From NCBI GenBank assembly GCA_002104905.1, contig MCFE01000169.1, positions 1 through 64,000 on the forward strand: 64,000 nt of DNA. Reading direction: 5' to 3'. Positions 46,876 through 59,462 of the stretch are shown one piece after another. The position numbers and the translations under genes are program-made. The notes below the pieces were generated by a model. It had not been told where the DNA came from, searched no databases, and was given only the letters and a program-made list of their open reading frames with translations. Within the stretch, counting starts at the first letter, position 1. The number at the start of each line of letters is the position of its first letter. The stretch comes from Basidiobolus meristosporus CBS 931.73 (lineage: Eukaryota > Fungi > Basidiobolomycota).

Positions 46876-49197
46876 CTAAAGTTGAGAGGGTTCTCCTGAA
46901 TCTCTTTTCTTACGATACCAATATCTTGATGGTTCAGTATTATTGGCAAGTCTTGCAAGCTTGAGTCTGTCCCTATGCACTAAGTCTTCCCGTATATTGC
47001 CTTGTTTGTCCACCAGTTGGTAAGTTGCAAATGGACATTCTCTGATGATCTTGAATGGTCCTGTCCATTGTGGCTCAAACTTCTTCCAAGTGTTGTTTCT
47101 TAGCAATACAAGGTTCCTAACTGTCAATGCTTCTGGTGCTATAGTCTTATCAGATCTCTGCTTCATCTTTTCTGCACTTTGAGATACTTTGGTCTGTGCC
47201 TCTTGACATCTTTGTTCCAGTTGCTGGTGTCTACTTGGCTGACTGAATTCATCTTCTAAGGTGTCTGTAAGCTTTGGTTGTGTGAGATCTCCTGTAATCC
47301 TTGGTTCACATCCATACACTAAGTAAAACAGTAATTGCTGGGTGGTGTTATGTACTCTGACTCTGCATGCAAAGAGTGCTTGGTCTATATACTCATCCCA
47401 TCTACTGACAACTCCATTTGCATACTTGGTCAGCATTTTTTCAAATAATCCATTAAACCGCTGAGTGACTCCATTAGTTCTGGGGTGATATGCCAAGGTT
47501 TTCAGGTGTCTGATCTGCTGCATTTCCAGGTAAGCCTCTAATGTCTTTGCAATAAAGTTTGCTCCTCTATCAGATAAGATCTCCACAGGGCATCCAAACT
47601 TCATCAGAATCCCATGGTAAATGAAACTTGCAACTTCTTGTTCACTGGCTATTAGTACAGCTTTAGCAACTGGCCATTTAGTGGCATGGTCAATTGCTAC
47701 TATGATCCAACTGTTGCATTTCCTGGTGGTTGGCAGTCTTCCAATAAAGTCAATTCCACATCTTTCAAATGGACTTACAGGCTCCAAGGGAAAGAGTTTG
47801 GAAATTCTCTGTGATTGGCTTTGGTTGTCTTGGCAATTTGGGCATGTTTTCACTAGCTTCTCAATGTCTTGTTTCATTCTGGGCCACCATGCTCTGGCTT
47901 TTACAAGGCTATAGGTTCCTTCAATTCCAAGATGTCCATATCCATTGTGTAGCTTATGTATGAAATCCAGGCAAGAAACATAAGGGCAATAGGCAATAGG
48001 GCTTCCATTTACAATTTGGTAGAGTGTTTCATCCTGTACTACAAATTTGCTGGCTTCATCACAGATTATCTTCTTGATATCTTCATCCACCTCATTAGGA
48101 ATGGCTTGGTCTTCCAAGTACTCTGGTAATAGGCTAGGCCAATCTGATTCACGCACCAAGCTGAGTTGTGCAACTTGATCTAATTTTGATAAGGCATCAG
48201 CAACCATGTTGTTTTTTCCAGGGCAGTAGACAAGCACCAGGTCAAATTGCTGAATGTATTCACTCCATCTTGTCATTCTTCTAGATAGTACCTTCTGAGT
48301 CAATATATACTTGAAGGAGGCATGATCAGTCTTCACAGTGCATTTGACTCCTTCAATATAGCATCTCCATGTCTTCAAGCAGTGTATTATAGCAAGCATC
48401 TCCTTCTCATGGACTGGATAGTTTTGTTCTGCTGAGTTCAGTTTCTTGGATTCAAAGGCAACAGGGTAGTCCTTTTCCTTGTGTTCTTGGCTCAGCACTT
48501 CACCAATTGCATAATCTGAAGAATCTGTGCACAGAGTGAACTCTTTTCTGAAGTCTGGTATTCTTAAGCATGGCAGGTTAGAAGGTTCATTCTTGAGCAT
48601 CTGGAAGGCAGTCTCACCAGCTATGTCCCACTTGTAGGTATTGTCTTTCATGAGGATATCAGTTAAAGGGGCTGCAATACTTGCAAATGACTTGACAAAT
48701 CCCCAATAATAGGAAACCATTCCAAGGAATGATCTGAGTTCTGATATGCTATGGGACTGCTTCAAATTCTGGATAACTTCAGCCTTCTTAGGGAATAAGG
48801 TCACTCCTGTGCTAGTCACTATGTGTCCCAGATGTTCAATGTGTTCCTTGAAGAATTCACACTTGGCTAGCTTGCCATATAGCTTGTTCTCTCTTAGTTT
48901 CTTCAAGACCTTTTCAATGTGCACCACATGATCCTCTTCTGTCTTGCTGTATATCAATATGTCATCCAGGTTGATTATCACAAACTTGTCTAAGTACTCC
49001 TGAAAGACAGTCTGCATCAGCGTCATGAATGTTGCAGGGGCATTAGTGAGGCCAAAGCTTATGACTAAGTACTTGTAATGTCCATATCTGGTCCTGAATG
49101 CTGTCTTAGGGATATCTTCTGGTTTCACCCTAATCTGGTTATATCCTGACATTAGGTCAATCTTGCTGAATATGGTGGCTCCATTAAGTTGGTCCAA
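46876..49197 (-). CDS. G1 pol fragment: reverse transcriptase, RNase H, integrase
   Basis: [41 protein letters not shown]...SDRG and a GPF motif. Confidence 0.92.
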   Translation of the reverse strand: MDQLNGATIFSKIDLMSGYNQIRVKPEDIPKTAFRTRYGHYKYLVISFGLTNAPATFMTLMQTVFQEYLDKFVIINLDDILIYSKTEEDHVVHIEKVLKKLRENKLYGKLAKCEFFKEHIEHLGHIVTSTGVTLFPKKAEVIQNLKQSHSISELRSFLGMVSYYWGFVKSFASIAAPLTDILMKDNTYKWDIAGETAFQMLKNEPSNLPCLRIPDFRKEFTLCTDSSDYAIGEVLSQEHKEKDYPVAFESKKLNSAEQNYPVHEKEMLAIIHCLKTWRCYIEGVKCTVKTDHASFKYILTQKVLSRRMTRWSEYIQQFDLVLVYCPGKNNMVADALSKLDQVAQLSLVRESDWPSLLPEYLEDQAIPNEVDEDIKKIICDEASKFVVQDETLYQIVNGSPIAYCPYVSCLDFIHKLHNGYGHLGIEGTYSLVKARAWWPRMKQDIEKLVKTCPNCQDNQSQSQRISKLFPLEPVSPFERCGIDFIGRLPTTRKCNSWIIVAIDHATKWPVAKAVLIASEQEVASFIYHGILMKFGCPVEILSDRGANFIAKTLEAYLEMQQIRHLKTLAYHPRTNGVTQRFNGLFEKMLTKYANGVVSRWDEYIDQALFACRVRVHNTTQQLLFYLVYGCEPRITGDLTQPKLTDTLEDEFSQPSRHQQLEQRCQEAQTKVSQSAEKMKQRSDKTIAPEALTVRNLVLLRNNTWKKFEPQWTGPFKIIRECPFATYQLVDKQGNIREDLVHRDRLKLARLANNTEPSRYWYRKKRDSGEPSQL

Positions 49198-51619
49198 AAG
49201 CTCATCAATCCAAGGTATGGGGTACTTATTCTTGACGGTACCTCAGTTGAGGGCTCTGTAGTCAATGCACATCCTAAGTGTTCCATCCTTCTTTTTCACA
49301 AAAAGCACTGGTGCTCCCCAACGTGACTTGCTAGGTCTGATGTATCCTTGCTCCAATAGCTGACCAATTTGTATCTTCATTTCCTCCAATTTCAATGGAC
49401 TCATTCTGTAAGGTGTCTTGCTAACTGGACGGCTATCTCCTGTGTCAATAGCATGATCCACATCTCTGACTGGTGGTAGGCTTACAAGCTCATCTGGAAA
49501 CACGTCTGAATATTTCTTCAAGAGAGTCTGGACCTGCTGGAGTGCTGGGGTAGCGGAATCCTCCTTTAATACTGCCATGATGAACATCTGGGTACCATTT
49601 CTAAGTGCTCTACAGAACTGGGTCTTGCTAGGTTCACTTGTCTCACACATACTGGAATTGACCAAGTTGAAATCCAGCCTGGCAGGTAATAGCTCATAGG
49701 TCTTGTTGTCTTTTTGGATCTGAGTAGCATGGGTTCTCCAGTTGATTGATGGTTTACACAAAATAACCAGGTTTTTCCAAGTACAAGGTCAAACTTGCAG
49801 TTCCCAAATATTTAAGCTGGTAGGTCTTTTTCATAGTCATTGATCTTCATTCTTACTGGCTGGGTAATATGGTTGATTATGTGAGAGTTCCCATCAGCTG
49901 TGGAGACTGAAGTGGATTTGGTGGGTTCTGAGTTGATTCCAGCTTTCAAGGCAAATTGCTCTGACATCTACTCATGCAGTGCTCCTGAGTCAATCATGAT
50001 CTTAGCAGGTACTCCATTGATTACTCCATTCAAGTATAATAGCTTTTCTGAGTTTGAGGTTATCTGGGATAGGTATTCTTCTGTCATGTGGAAGATGAGT
50101 TCTAAGTCTTCTTCAAGTACATCCTCCATGTTACTATGCTCCATAGCCTCAATGCGGCTAAAGGTTCTTGATGGCTGGTATCCATTTCTTCTCTGAAGGC
50201 AGTACTTTGCAATATGTCCTTGCTGGTGGCAATAGAAGCAAATTCCTTTCTTCTTACATTCTTCTGAGGTGGGATTCTTCTGCATAGCGTCTATTTCCAT
50301 TGGTACTACTTCTGACTGTCTTCTTTCATAATGATTGTAGCCTTTCTGATTAGTCACTGTAGGCTTCCCAACTCCAAACATAGCTGAGTCATGGTCAATG
50401 GCAATCTTGATGGCTTCTTCAATAGTCTGCGGTCTTCAATAATTCACTTCCTTGCAAGTTCTTTCTTTCAACCCACCAATAAAGTATTCAACTTGATCCA
50501 GGGGGTCCATTCTTTCAATTTGTCCAAGTAGACATCTGTACTCATAGATGTATTCTTGAACCATTCCTTTCTGTCTGAGTGTCTTTAACTTCCTTCTTAG
50601 TAGTGTCTGCTGGTGTGGAGGTTCAAAAGCATCCTGAATTTCTGTCACAAACTCATCCCAGGTAGAGATTGTAGAGCATCTAATCATAGTGGCTGACCTG
50701 ATCTTGTTGTGGTACCACTGTAAAGCTGCATCTGCCAGGTAAGGAGCTGCATAATGCAACTTGCTTTCTGGAGCAATTCCTTTAGCCTTAAAAGCTTCTT
50801 CAATCTGAAAGAGCAAAGTTTCCAGGTTTTCATAAACTCTGCCATGGTACCGGTTGACTTTCACACTAAAGTTGCTCTTGACAGGGCTTTGCTGGCTCTG
50901 AGCCCTGGTAGTCATTCCTTGTTGCTGTTGGCTGAGGATCTGGAGTAACTGTTGCTGTCGGGCCAGGATTTGCTGCATGGCATTCTTCCATTCTTGATTG
51001 TCCAACATCTTGAGGGTGGTTTCTTCTTTCTTCAGGAGGGAGATTTCTGGTTATTGCTGCTACCAATTGTTATGATTAGACACAAGGCAGGAGAGTAGAG
51101 CTAGGCAAGGCAGGACCAGGAAAGGACTTAGGTGTGGATCATCAAGGCAAGGTGGGTTTCCAAGGCAAGGCTGTTTATTCAAGACCTGTGTTTATCAGAC
51201 TGAGGTATACTTAAGGGGGAATAGGACTATATATACTTTTTGGTTATACTGATGCCAAGAGATATTGGCTAATACTAATGGGGTTGTGGGGTGAGGCGCA
51301 GCAATCTGCTGGGGATAATAATATAGAAGGCAAGGCACTGAGACAGGATAGGGAAATGGATTGGGTCACCTGATCATGTGACTAAGTCATGTGATTGGGT
51401 ATTTCCATATATGGTACTGGACTATGAAACACACAATGGGAAGCTTCCATGGAATGTTCCATTGTGTAACAATGCTTTGGAATGGTCAGGAACTTTCTGA
51501 AAGGTGGTAGAAGGTTCCAGAAGGAATCTCTTAGAAATTGAGCTAGGAAGCTGAAACTTGGCATGGGTGTTCATGTTTGTCATGTGATCATAAAACTATT
51601 CTCCTCTTCCAGGCAAAGC

Positions 51620-51800
51620 TCTGTTTCCCTTTGGGGCAGGTTTTGCAGGATATTGCTGGTGGAACTAGGTAACTAGTTCTTGACAATTATTGAGATGGGT
51701 AGCTGGTTCCCATGTTTAGTCACTTGGACCATAACCAATCCAGTCTACTAAGTAGTACAGCTTTGACCGGATATACTTGGAGCCTAGAATCTGTTTAACG
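51620..51800 (-). pseudogene. Chromodomain at the G2 integrase C-terminus
   Basis: EFDVKQILGSKYIRSKLYYLVDWIGYGPSD*TWEPATHLNNCQELVT*FHQQYPAK. Confidence 0.85.
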
Positions 51801-52512
51801 TCAAATTCTTAATGTTGGTCAACCTGGATGGCTTGGGGCTTTGCTTCTTGCCAGTTTGGCATGGTGTTCCTACAATAAGGCTCCAGGAGGGACACATGGA
51901 AAGTATCATGGATTTTCATACTTGCTGGTAACCGTGGCTGATATATTATAGGGCTAAGCTTCTTCTTGATCCTGAAGGGACCAAGTTTCTTGAAATCCAA
52001 CTTGTCACAAGGGCAGTTAGCACTGGTGTTTTTTCTGAGCAACCATACAGAATCTCCTTCATTAAGATCAGGGCTGGGATGCCATTTTAGATTGGCATAT
52101 TTCTTGTAGCTTTCCTGAGCTAAGGATAGTTCTTCCTTGAGGGTATTCTGGATGTCCTGAATTGCTTGGGCATGTTCAGCCACATGTGGGCTCATTGGGT
52201 TTGTTGGAATCTGTATATCAAACTGAGGGTGGAATCCATAGTTTGCATAGAATGGTGTAAAACCGGTTGCGCTATGGCTTGAGTTGTTGTAGGCAAACTC
52301 AGCAACAGGGAGTAGATCAACCCAATTGTCTTGCTGGTAATTGATATAGCACCGGAGGTATAGCTCTAGAATCTGGTTGATTCTTTCAGTCTGGCCATCA
52401 GACTGTGGGTGGAAGGCAGTAGAGAACTTGACTTGAACACCAAGGTATTGCATAAATGTTTCCAAAACTTGGACACATACTGTGGGACTCTATCTGACAC
52501 AATATCACTGGG

Positions 52513-53211
52513 TGTTGTATCCAAGAGAAAGTGTAATAAAACTCTTGAATAGTTTAACTGAACCAAAGGGACAATTAAGTGCAGAATCTTAGAATTGTCA
52601 GAGAGTGGCGGAAATATTAGCAGAAAGATTCTGATCTAATATTGGTCTTGGATATAGCTGGGTTGGCTATAAAGACAATGATATTTGTTTGCTAGGCAGG
52701 CTAGGCTTGGTGTTCTTTGGAGTGCTAGATATACTAGGCTTGGATAGGAACTAGAACGGAATTGTTGGGTTCTTATTTTTGCTTGAGACAGAATCTTAAT
52801 TTTGTTGAGACACACACTAAACCAAAAGGTTCAGTAAACTTTATAAATACTTTTCTGATCAAGTTGAATTAGTAAGCGCCAAGAGACTGGACTAATTGAA
52901 AGCTGTAGGGGTGTTGATAGGTGCATAAGATAAATGAGAAATTGCATCATTAATCAGCTGATGTCTTGGCAACTACTAAGTGGTTGGACAGATCTCAGAT
53001 GACTAATCACTTGGAAAGGCTTAGCAGATAAGTTGAGGACGTAATGACCACTTAAAAATTGATCAGGTGTGACAGCTAAAAATAGATCCTGAGAAGTGAT
53101 AACATAAATCATGACAGGGATTAGTTATGATTGGGTTAGGGAAAATCAGTTAGGGTACTAGATTTTCTAACAGAGTGAAATTGGCTAAGTTTTAAATGTT
53201 GATGCACAACA
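52513..53211. mobile_element. 699-bp solo LTR (family L3) inserted in the G2 integrase
   Basis: TGTTG...CAACA termini with TSD CTGGG at 52508-52512 and 53212-53216. The integrase frame LHDIPS|DIVSDR rejoins when it is removed. Confidence 0.93.
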
Positions 53212-55792
53212 CTGGGGATATCATGAAGGCGGAAAATATTCTTCAGGACTAATGCAGCGGTTTCTTTTGCATCAGTGTTCTTACAGCAAGGGATAAAGTG
53301 AGCCATCTTGGTCAGCCAGTCAGCCACTACAAGTATAGCATTGAAGCCACATGACTCAGGGAGGTCAGTAATGAAGTCCATAGATATAGATCTCCATTGG
53401 TGTTCTAGGATAGACAAGGGCTGAAGAAGTCCATAGGGCTGGTGTCTGGCTGGTTTTGCACGGTTGCAAATATCAAAAGTCAGAATGTACTCTTTGATAA
53501 GATTTATCATTCTAGGCCACCAGAAATCTCTTTTGATAGCATTCAAGGTTTTGGCAGTAACAAAGTGGCCTGCATCCATTGAATCATGCCAAGACTTATT
53601 GATATCTAGCTGGGTGGCAGGGTCTGGGACATAAAGCTGCTGCTTGTAGTAGATGAAGTTGTTTACCAAATGCAGGTTCTGGATGTTTGGGAACTTGGGA
53701 GGAGGCCCAACTGGGGACTCCAGATATTTCTTGATGGTGCTGGAAGTCATATCAGAGGCTTTGGATTCTGATATCCTTACTAGGAATGAAGGGATCACAA
53801 TACTTGAGGACTGGGTGGCAAGAATCTCAAAATATTTCTTGCTCAGCAATGGGTGTTCCATTTGTCAACAGGCATCATCTCCCTCTTCCAGGGCATATTC
53901 CTTTTTTCTGGACAGGGCATCAGGCTTTCCTTGCTTTGCACCAGGTCTATAGGTGATAGTAAAGTCAAAGCTGGACAGGAAGAGTTACCATCTGGCTTGA
54001 CTCTGCTTTAGTACTTTGGAAGTTGCAAAGTACTCAAGGTTCTTATGGTCACAGAAGACTTTGATTTTGTGTTTTGCACCATCCAGGTAGTGTCTCCATT
54101 GCTCAAAGGCTACAATGATGGCAAGCAACTTCTTATCATAGATATCATAGTTGATCTTGACAGGGGAAAACTTCCAAGAGTAGAATGCAATGGGGTACAA
54201 CACATTGTCCTCATCATACTGGGAGAGTATGGCACCAAGGGGAAAATCAGAAGCATCAGTCTCCACTATGAATTGCTTCTCAAGGTCAGGGTGGGCAAGC
54301 AGGGGGGCCTTCAGGAAAGATTTCTTGAGTTGGTTGAATGAGGTGGATTGCTCCTCATTCCAGGCAAAAGATGTGTTCTTCTGGGTAAGCTTAGTCAGAG
54401 GGGTGACTATCTTGGAGTAGTTGGCTATGAACCTGCAATAGAAGTTGGCAAATCCCAGGAAGGATTGTGCTTCCTTGACTGAGCTTGGAGTTTTCCAGGA
54501 TTGGACTGAGTCAACTTTCTTTGGGTCCATTCTGGTTCCCTCAGGGCTGATGAGGTAACCAAGAAATTCCACTTCTCTCTGGTCAAATGCACACTTCTCT
54601 AGCTTGGAATAGAGACCGGCAGAGTCTAGTTTTCTCAATACTGCTTGACATGTTCATCATGTTCATCTTGACTCTTGGAGTATATGAGAATATCATCAAG
54701 GTAGATTACCACAAACTGGTCAAGGTATTCACAGAATTTGTCATTCATGGGGTGTCAAAACACAGCAGGGGCATTGGTGAGGCCAAATGGCATTACTTTG
54801 TACTCAAAGTGACCATATCTTGTGCAAAAGGCAGCTTTCCGTTTATCACCAGGCTTGATTCTGACAAGATTGTAAGCTCCCCCCAAGTCTATGTTGGTGA
54901 AGACTTGGGCAGCAGATAGCTGATCCAACAGTGTGTTGATCAGGGGCAGGGGTAGCAGTTCTTGACTGTGATCTTTTTCAAAGCACGGTAGTCCACACAC
55001 ATTCTGAGGGTGCCATCCTTCTTCTTGACAAAGATGATTGGGGCTCCAGCAGGTGATTTGAAGTGCTGAATAAAACCCTTCTGGAGGTTTTCTTCAATAT
55101 AACCATGAGGTTCTTTCAACTCCAGCTGGGGGAGGTTATATATTGGGCCAAATGGAGGGACTTTTCCATCTTCAAGGTCAATAGGGCAGTCATAAGGCCA
55201 ATGGTCAGGGAGGAGTTCTGCTTTCTTCTTGTCAAAGACATGGGCAAACTCTTGGGACTTGGCTGGTATGTTTGCTCAGGGGGCTCCTTCAGCTGGCAAG
55301 TTATCTTGGGCTGTTAAACTGTTGGTAACAGTCTTTTCACAGTTACCAGGGTATGGAGTTCATGGAGTTGACTTGGTGGGATCTGGTGAATGACAGGATC
55401 TTGGATTTCCAATCAATACTTGGATTGTGGTAGCTCAGCCATGAGCTTCCAAGCACAGTAGGATAGTGTGGTGAGTTGATGATGTTGAAGGCAATTCTTT
55501 CTTGGTGAGAAGTACTGGACAGCTGAAGTAAGCATGTTTCATGGGTAACAGCACCAGATGAGAGTATTCTTCCATCAATAACTTCTACTTGGACTGGACA
55601 GGATTTCAAGGTAACAGAAATAGAGTGCTTCTGGACAAAGGCTTGGTCAATGAAACAGGATGCAGCACTGGAATCAATCAGGGCTAGGACTGGGACAGGA
55701 CTGGAGTCAGGGATCTGGATTTTGACAGGCATTCTCAAGGACTGGATAGATTTTGTGGCAAAGGAAGATTCTTGGATATGCTGGATTTTCAA

Positions 55793-55843
55793 GGGTGGGT
55801 CCGGTTGCAAGCCTGTCAGTGCAACTGGACATTGGAGTTTCCC
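55793..55843 (-). promoter_or_regulatory. -1 programmed ribosomal frameshift signal of G2
   Basis: G GGA AAC heptamer (55837-55843), a 7-nt spacer, then the stem TCCAGTTGCA / TGCAACCGGA. A -1 shift joins gag (LLGN) to the protease frame (GKLQCPVALTGLQPDPP). Confidence 0.8.
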
Positions 55844-56363
55844 AACAGATCTGAGTCAGGTTGGTTACTGGAGGACTGCATCAGCTTGAAGCTGGACTGC
55901 TTGTTGGGGCAGGACTTGGCAAAGTGACCTGGTTGGCCACAGTATAGACAGAGGTTGGCTTGTTGACGTCTGGACTTTTCACTCTTTGATAGTTTCTTGT
56001 GTTTGGCACTATCAATCTGCATAGGATCTTCTGGAGTGACATGGGGAGCAGGAGGGGCTGGGACTGCAACAGGAATGCGTGTTTGACGGTTCTTTTGCTT
56101 CTTCTGGAATAGTCTGTTGTCACACCAGATTGCTTGGTGCATAGCTTCAACCAATGTATCTGGATCTGGGAGTGTGAGTAGCAGATCACAGACTTCATCA
56201 TTAAGGCCATCTTGGAATTAGCTTATCAAGGCTGCTTGACCCAGGAGCTGAGGTCACTGGAGAGTTGTCAGAATTCTGAGGTATAGAATGATGCTGGTTT
56301 GTTCCCTTGTTTGAGAGTCTTGATCTTGTTGGCAGAAGTTCTGGCTTGTTCAAGGTTACCAAA

Positions 56364-56569
56364 TGTTAGCTCCATCTCAGTGAGAAAAGCTTGGTAGTCT
56401 CTGAGGAGGGGAGAGTTGGTCTCCATTAATGGGGCAAACCGCTTGAGAGATACACCAGTTAGCAGGTGTTAGCTCCATTTCAGTGAGAAAAGCTTGGTAG
56501 TCACTGAGGAGGGGAGAGTTGGTCTCCACTAATGGGGCAAACCTCTTGAGAGATGTACCAGTTAGCAGG
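56364..56569. repeat. 103-bp direct tandem duplication inside G2 gag
   Basis: Units at 56364-56466 and 56467-56569, differing at a few bases. Confidence 0.92.
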
Positions 56570-57841
56570 CTGGAGAGGAAACCAACTTTGGCCTGGTCAG
56601 TGGGGTACTGGTTGGGCTGGAGTGCAAGATTGTTCTTCACCATGTTGATGAAGCCGTGGAATTCATTCTGAGAGCCATTGGACTTGATAGCAGGAGTATA
56701 CTTGGGTTCTTGGTAGACTGGGACATGGCTAGTTTGCTGAACATTTTAGTTCTGGAACTGAGCAAAAGTGTTTTTGATGTCTGCATGGTCTTGCTGCAGT
56801 TGGGTAAAGACAGCCATGAGCTGGGCAAAGTTCAGCTCCAGGTTGGACATGGTAGCAGAGAAAGGCGGATGAACTTGCAAGGAATACTGGAATATACTAT
56901 ACTGGGTTGTGGGTTTGTAAAGCCACTAGTATGTCAAGAATACAACTATTGAGCCACAATCCCCAACTTAAATAAGTTAGTGTCACTTCAGAAGGTACTG
57001 GTTTCAACATCCTTTGATAGAGTATTGTACTAAAGCTTCCAATACTGTAACAACTGTAAACTCCACCAGCAGGGTAATAAAGTGAATGCAGCTTTGACCA
57101 ATAGTCTTACAAAGATAGAGTATCTTTGCCTTTATAGGACAAGACTAGGGAAAGATGATGGACTATACTTAAGGTGAGTATTCCTTTTACAAGTTTTCTT
57201 CAAACTTTGGGCAGAAGGCAGGGATCCACAGGCAAGTCAGGAGAGTCTGATAAAGCTGTTATGAGTAGATACAAGGCAGGAGAGTAGAGCTAGGCAAGGC
57301 AGGACTAGGAAAGGACTTAGGTGTGGATCATCAAGGCAAGGTGGGTTTCCAAGGCAAGGCTGTTTATTCAAGACCTGTGTTTATCAGACTGAGGTATACT
57401 TAAGGGGGAATAGGACTATATATACTTTTTAGTTATACTGATGCCAAGAGATATTGGCTAATACTAATGGGGTTGTGGGATGAGGCGCAGCAATGTGCTG
57501 GGAATAATAATATAGAAGGCAAGGTACTGAGACAGGATGGGGAAATGGATTGGGTCACCTGAACATGTGACTAGATCATGTGATCTGGTATTTCCATATA
57601 TGGTACTGGACTATGAAAAATACAATGGGAAGCTTCCATGGAATGTTCAATGGTGTAACAATGGTTTGGAATGGTCAGTAACTTTCTGGAAGGTGGTAGA
57701 AGGCTCCAGAAGGAATATCTTAGAAATTCAGCTAGGAAGCTGAAACGTGGCATGGGTGTTCATGGCTATCATGTGATCATGAGACCAATGTTACAAGTCT
57801 TGGTATAAGAGTTGTAGAGGAATAGAGAGTTTAGCTAGTAT

Positions 57842-58235
57842 TAGACTTGTTCCGTTGGATTGTGCCACATTGAGCCATGAGTGCCAAATGATGCCATAGT
57901 GTGCCAGAGAGGACAAGTGAGCCTCTACCTGGCCACAGAGTGTGAAACATAGCTCTGCATCTTCATGCAAAGCAGCCCCTGTGTTTCACCCATTGTGTTG
58001 GAGAAAATCCATTTTTTGACCTTTTTTTTTGGATCAATGTTGTGCAGGATGTGTTAGAGCACAAGCAGATTGAAGATATGCATCTGGTACTCAATACCAA
58101 TGGCACTCTAAATCTAGCTCCTGTAGCTTGTATCATGTCACAAAAATGAATGGCACTATCTTGGTCCACTGGTACTATCTGGCACTATAAGTGCTTTGTA
58201 TAGATCTTACATTAGGTCTAATATTTAAATATAGT
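57842..58235. mobile_element. Single arm plus spacer of foldback element FB inside the G1 5' LTR
   Basis: Starts TAGACTTGTT like the full copies. It replaces 32 bp (46552-46583 in the other LTR). Confidence 0.85.
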
Positions 58236-58726
58236 GAGGTTCCAGCAGCTTCTTATATACATTTTGCCAGATCAATTGCTGACTAATTGTATTTCCTAAT
58301 GTAGGTTGTGGCTGATGACGCATTTGATTGTATCATCATCACCCAATAAGATCCTACTTAATATATCTATTTCTGTCTGATAAGAATCTGCTGATTCATT
58401 TGCTGACTAATGCAACTGATTTCATAGATAATACTGATATACTGCTAACCTAAACATATACTAATTGATTTGACTAAAAACTGATCTAACTTAAACATTC
58501 AAGCAGCAGATCATAAGACTTTGAAAGCAGCACTCCAATGCCAACATGATGTATTTACTGCTACTACATGAGAGGCTTGTAGTGGTATTTGAATGGCACT
58601 TTTACCAGCACTAGCCAGAGCATATGGTTCTTTGCCTGCCATAGCAGAAACTTGATATAATAACAACAAAGAGTGTAAAGACTATTTGTCTATGCTTCAT
58701 ACTCTGGGAGCTTCATATAGAGTTGA

Positions 58727-59462
58727 TAGACTTGTTCTGTTGGATAGTGCCACATTGAGCCATGAGTGCCAAATGATGCCAAAGTGTGCCAGGGAGGCTA
58801 AGTGAACCTATACTTGGCCACAGAGTGTGAAACATAGATCTGCATCTTCATGCAAAGCAGCCCCTGTGTTTCACCAATGGTATTGGAGAAAATCCATTTT
58901 TTGACCTTTTTTTTTACGTCAATGTTGTGCAGGATGCGTAAGAGCACAAAAGAATTGAAAATATGCATTTAGTACTCAATACCCATGGCACTCTGAATCT
59001 AGCTCCTGTGGCTTGTAACATGTCACAACATTGCATGGCACTATCTTGGTCCACTGGTACTATCTGGCACTATATTTAAATATTAGCCCTAAAGTAAGAT
59101 CAATACAAAGCACTTATAGTGCCAGATAGTACCAGTGGACCAAGATAGCGCCATGCATTGTTGTGACATGCTACAAGCCACAGGAGCTGGATTCAGAGTG
59201 CCATGGGTATTGAGAACCTGATGAATGTCTTCAGTCCTTCTGTGCTCCTACACATCCTGCACAACATTAATCCACAAAAAAACATCAATAAATGGAATTT
59301 CTCCTGCATTATAGGTGAAACACAGGGGCTGCTTTGCATGAAGATGCAGATCTATGTTTTGCACTCTGTGGCCCAGTATAGGTTCATTTGGCCTCTCTGG
59401 CACACTATGGCATCATTTGGCACTCATGGCTCAATATGGCACTATCCAACAGAACAAGTCTG
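58727..59462. mobile_element. Foldback (palindromic) non-autonomous element FB, about 735 bp
   Basis: Two inverted arms of about 345 bp around a spacer of about 40 bp. Ends are TAGACTTGTTCTGTTGGATAGTGCCA / TGGCACTATCCAACAGAACAAGTCTG. Confidence 0.88.

Larger units (their letters stand above)
51068..57784 (-). mobile_element. Chromovirus (Tf1/sushi-like Ty3/gypsy) G2 nested in G1
   Basis: 528-bp LTRs at 51068-51595 and 57257-57784, with TSD CCAAT at 51063-51067 and 57785-57789 and a PPT at 51596-51612. Coding regions: sushi-type gag, CCHC knuckle, protease LIDSSA, RT, RH, INT and a C-terminal chromodomain. Confidence 0.95.
46499..58518 (-). mobile_element. Ty3/gypsy element G1 (host of nested insertions)
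   Basis: 368-bp 3' LTR at 46499-46866 with the PPT at 46867-46874. The 5' LTR at 57789-58518 is interrupted by a foldback arm. Coding regions: gag 50436-51008, CCHC knuckle plus protease (MIDSGA) 49968-50381, RT start 49243-49761 and RT-RH-INT 46876-49197. CTTT flanks both ends (weak 4-bp TSD). Confidence 0.93.
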
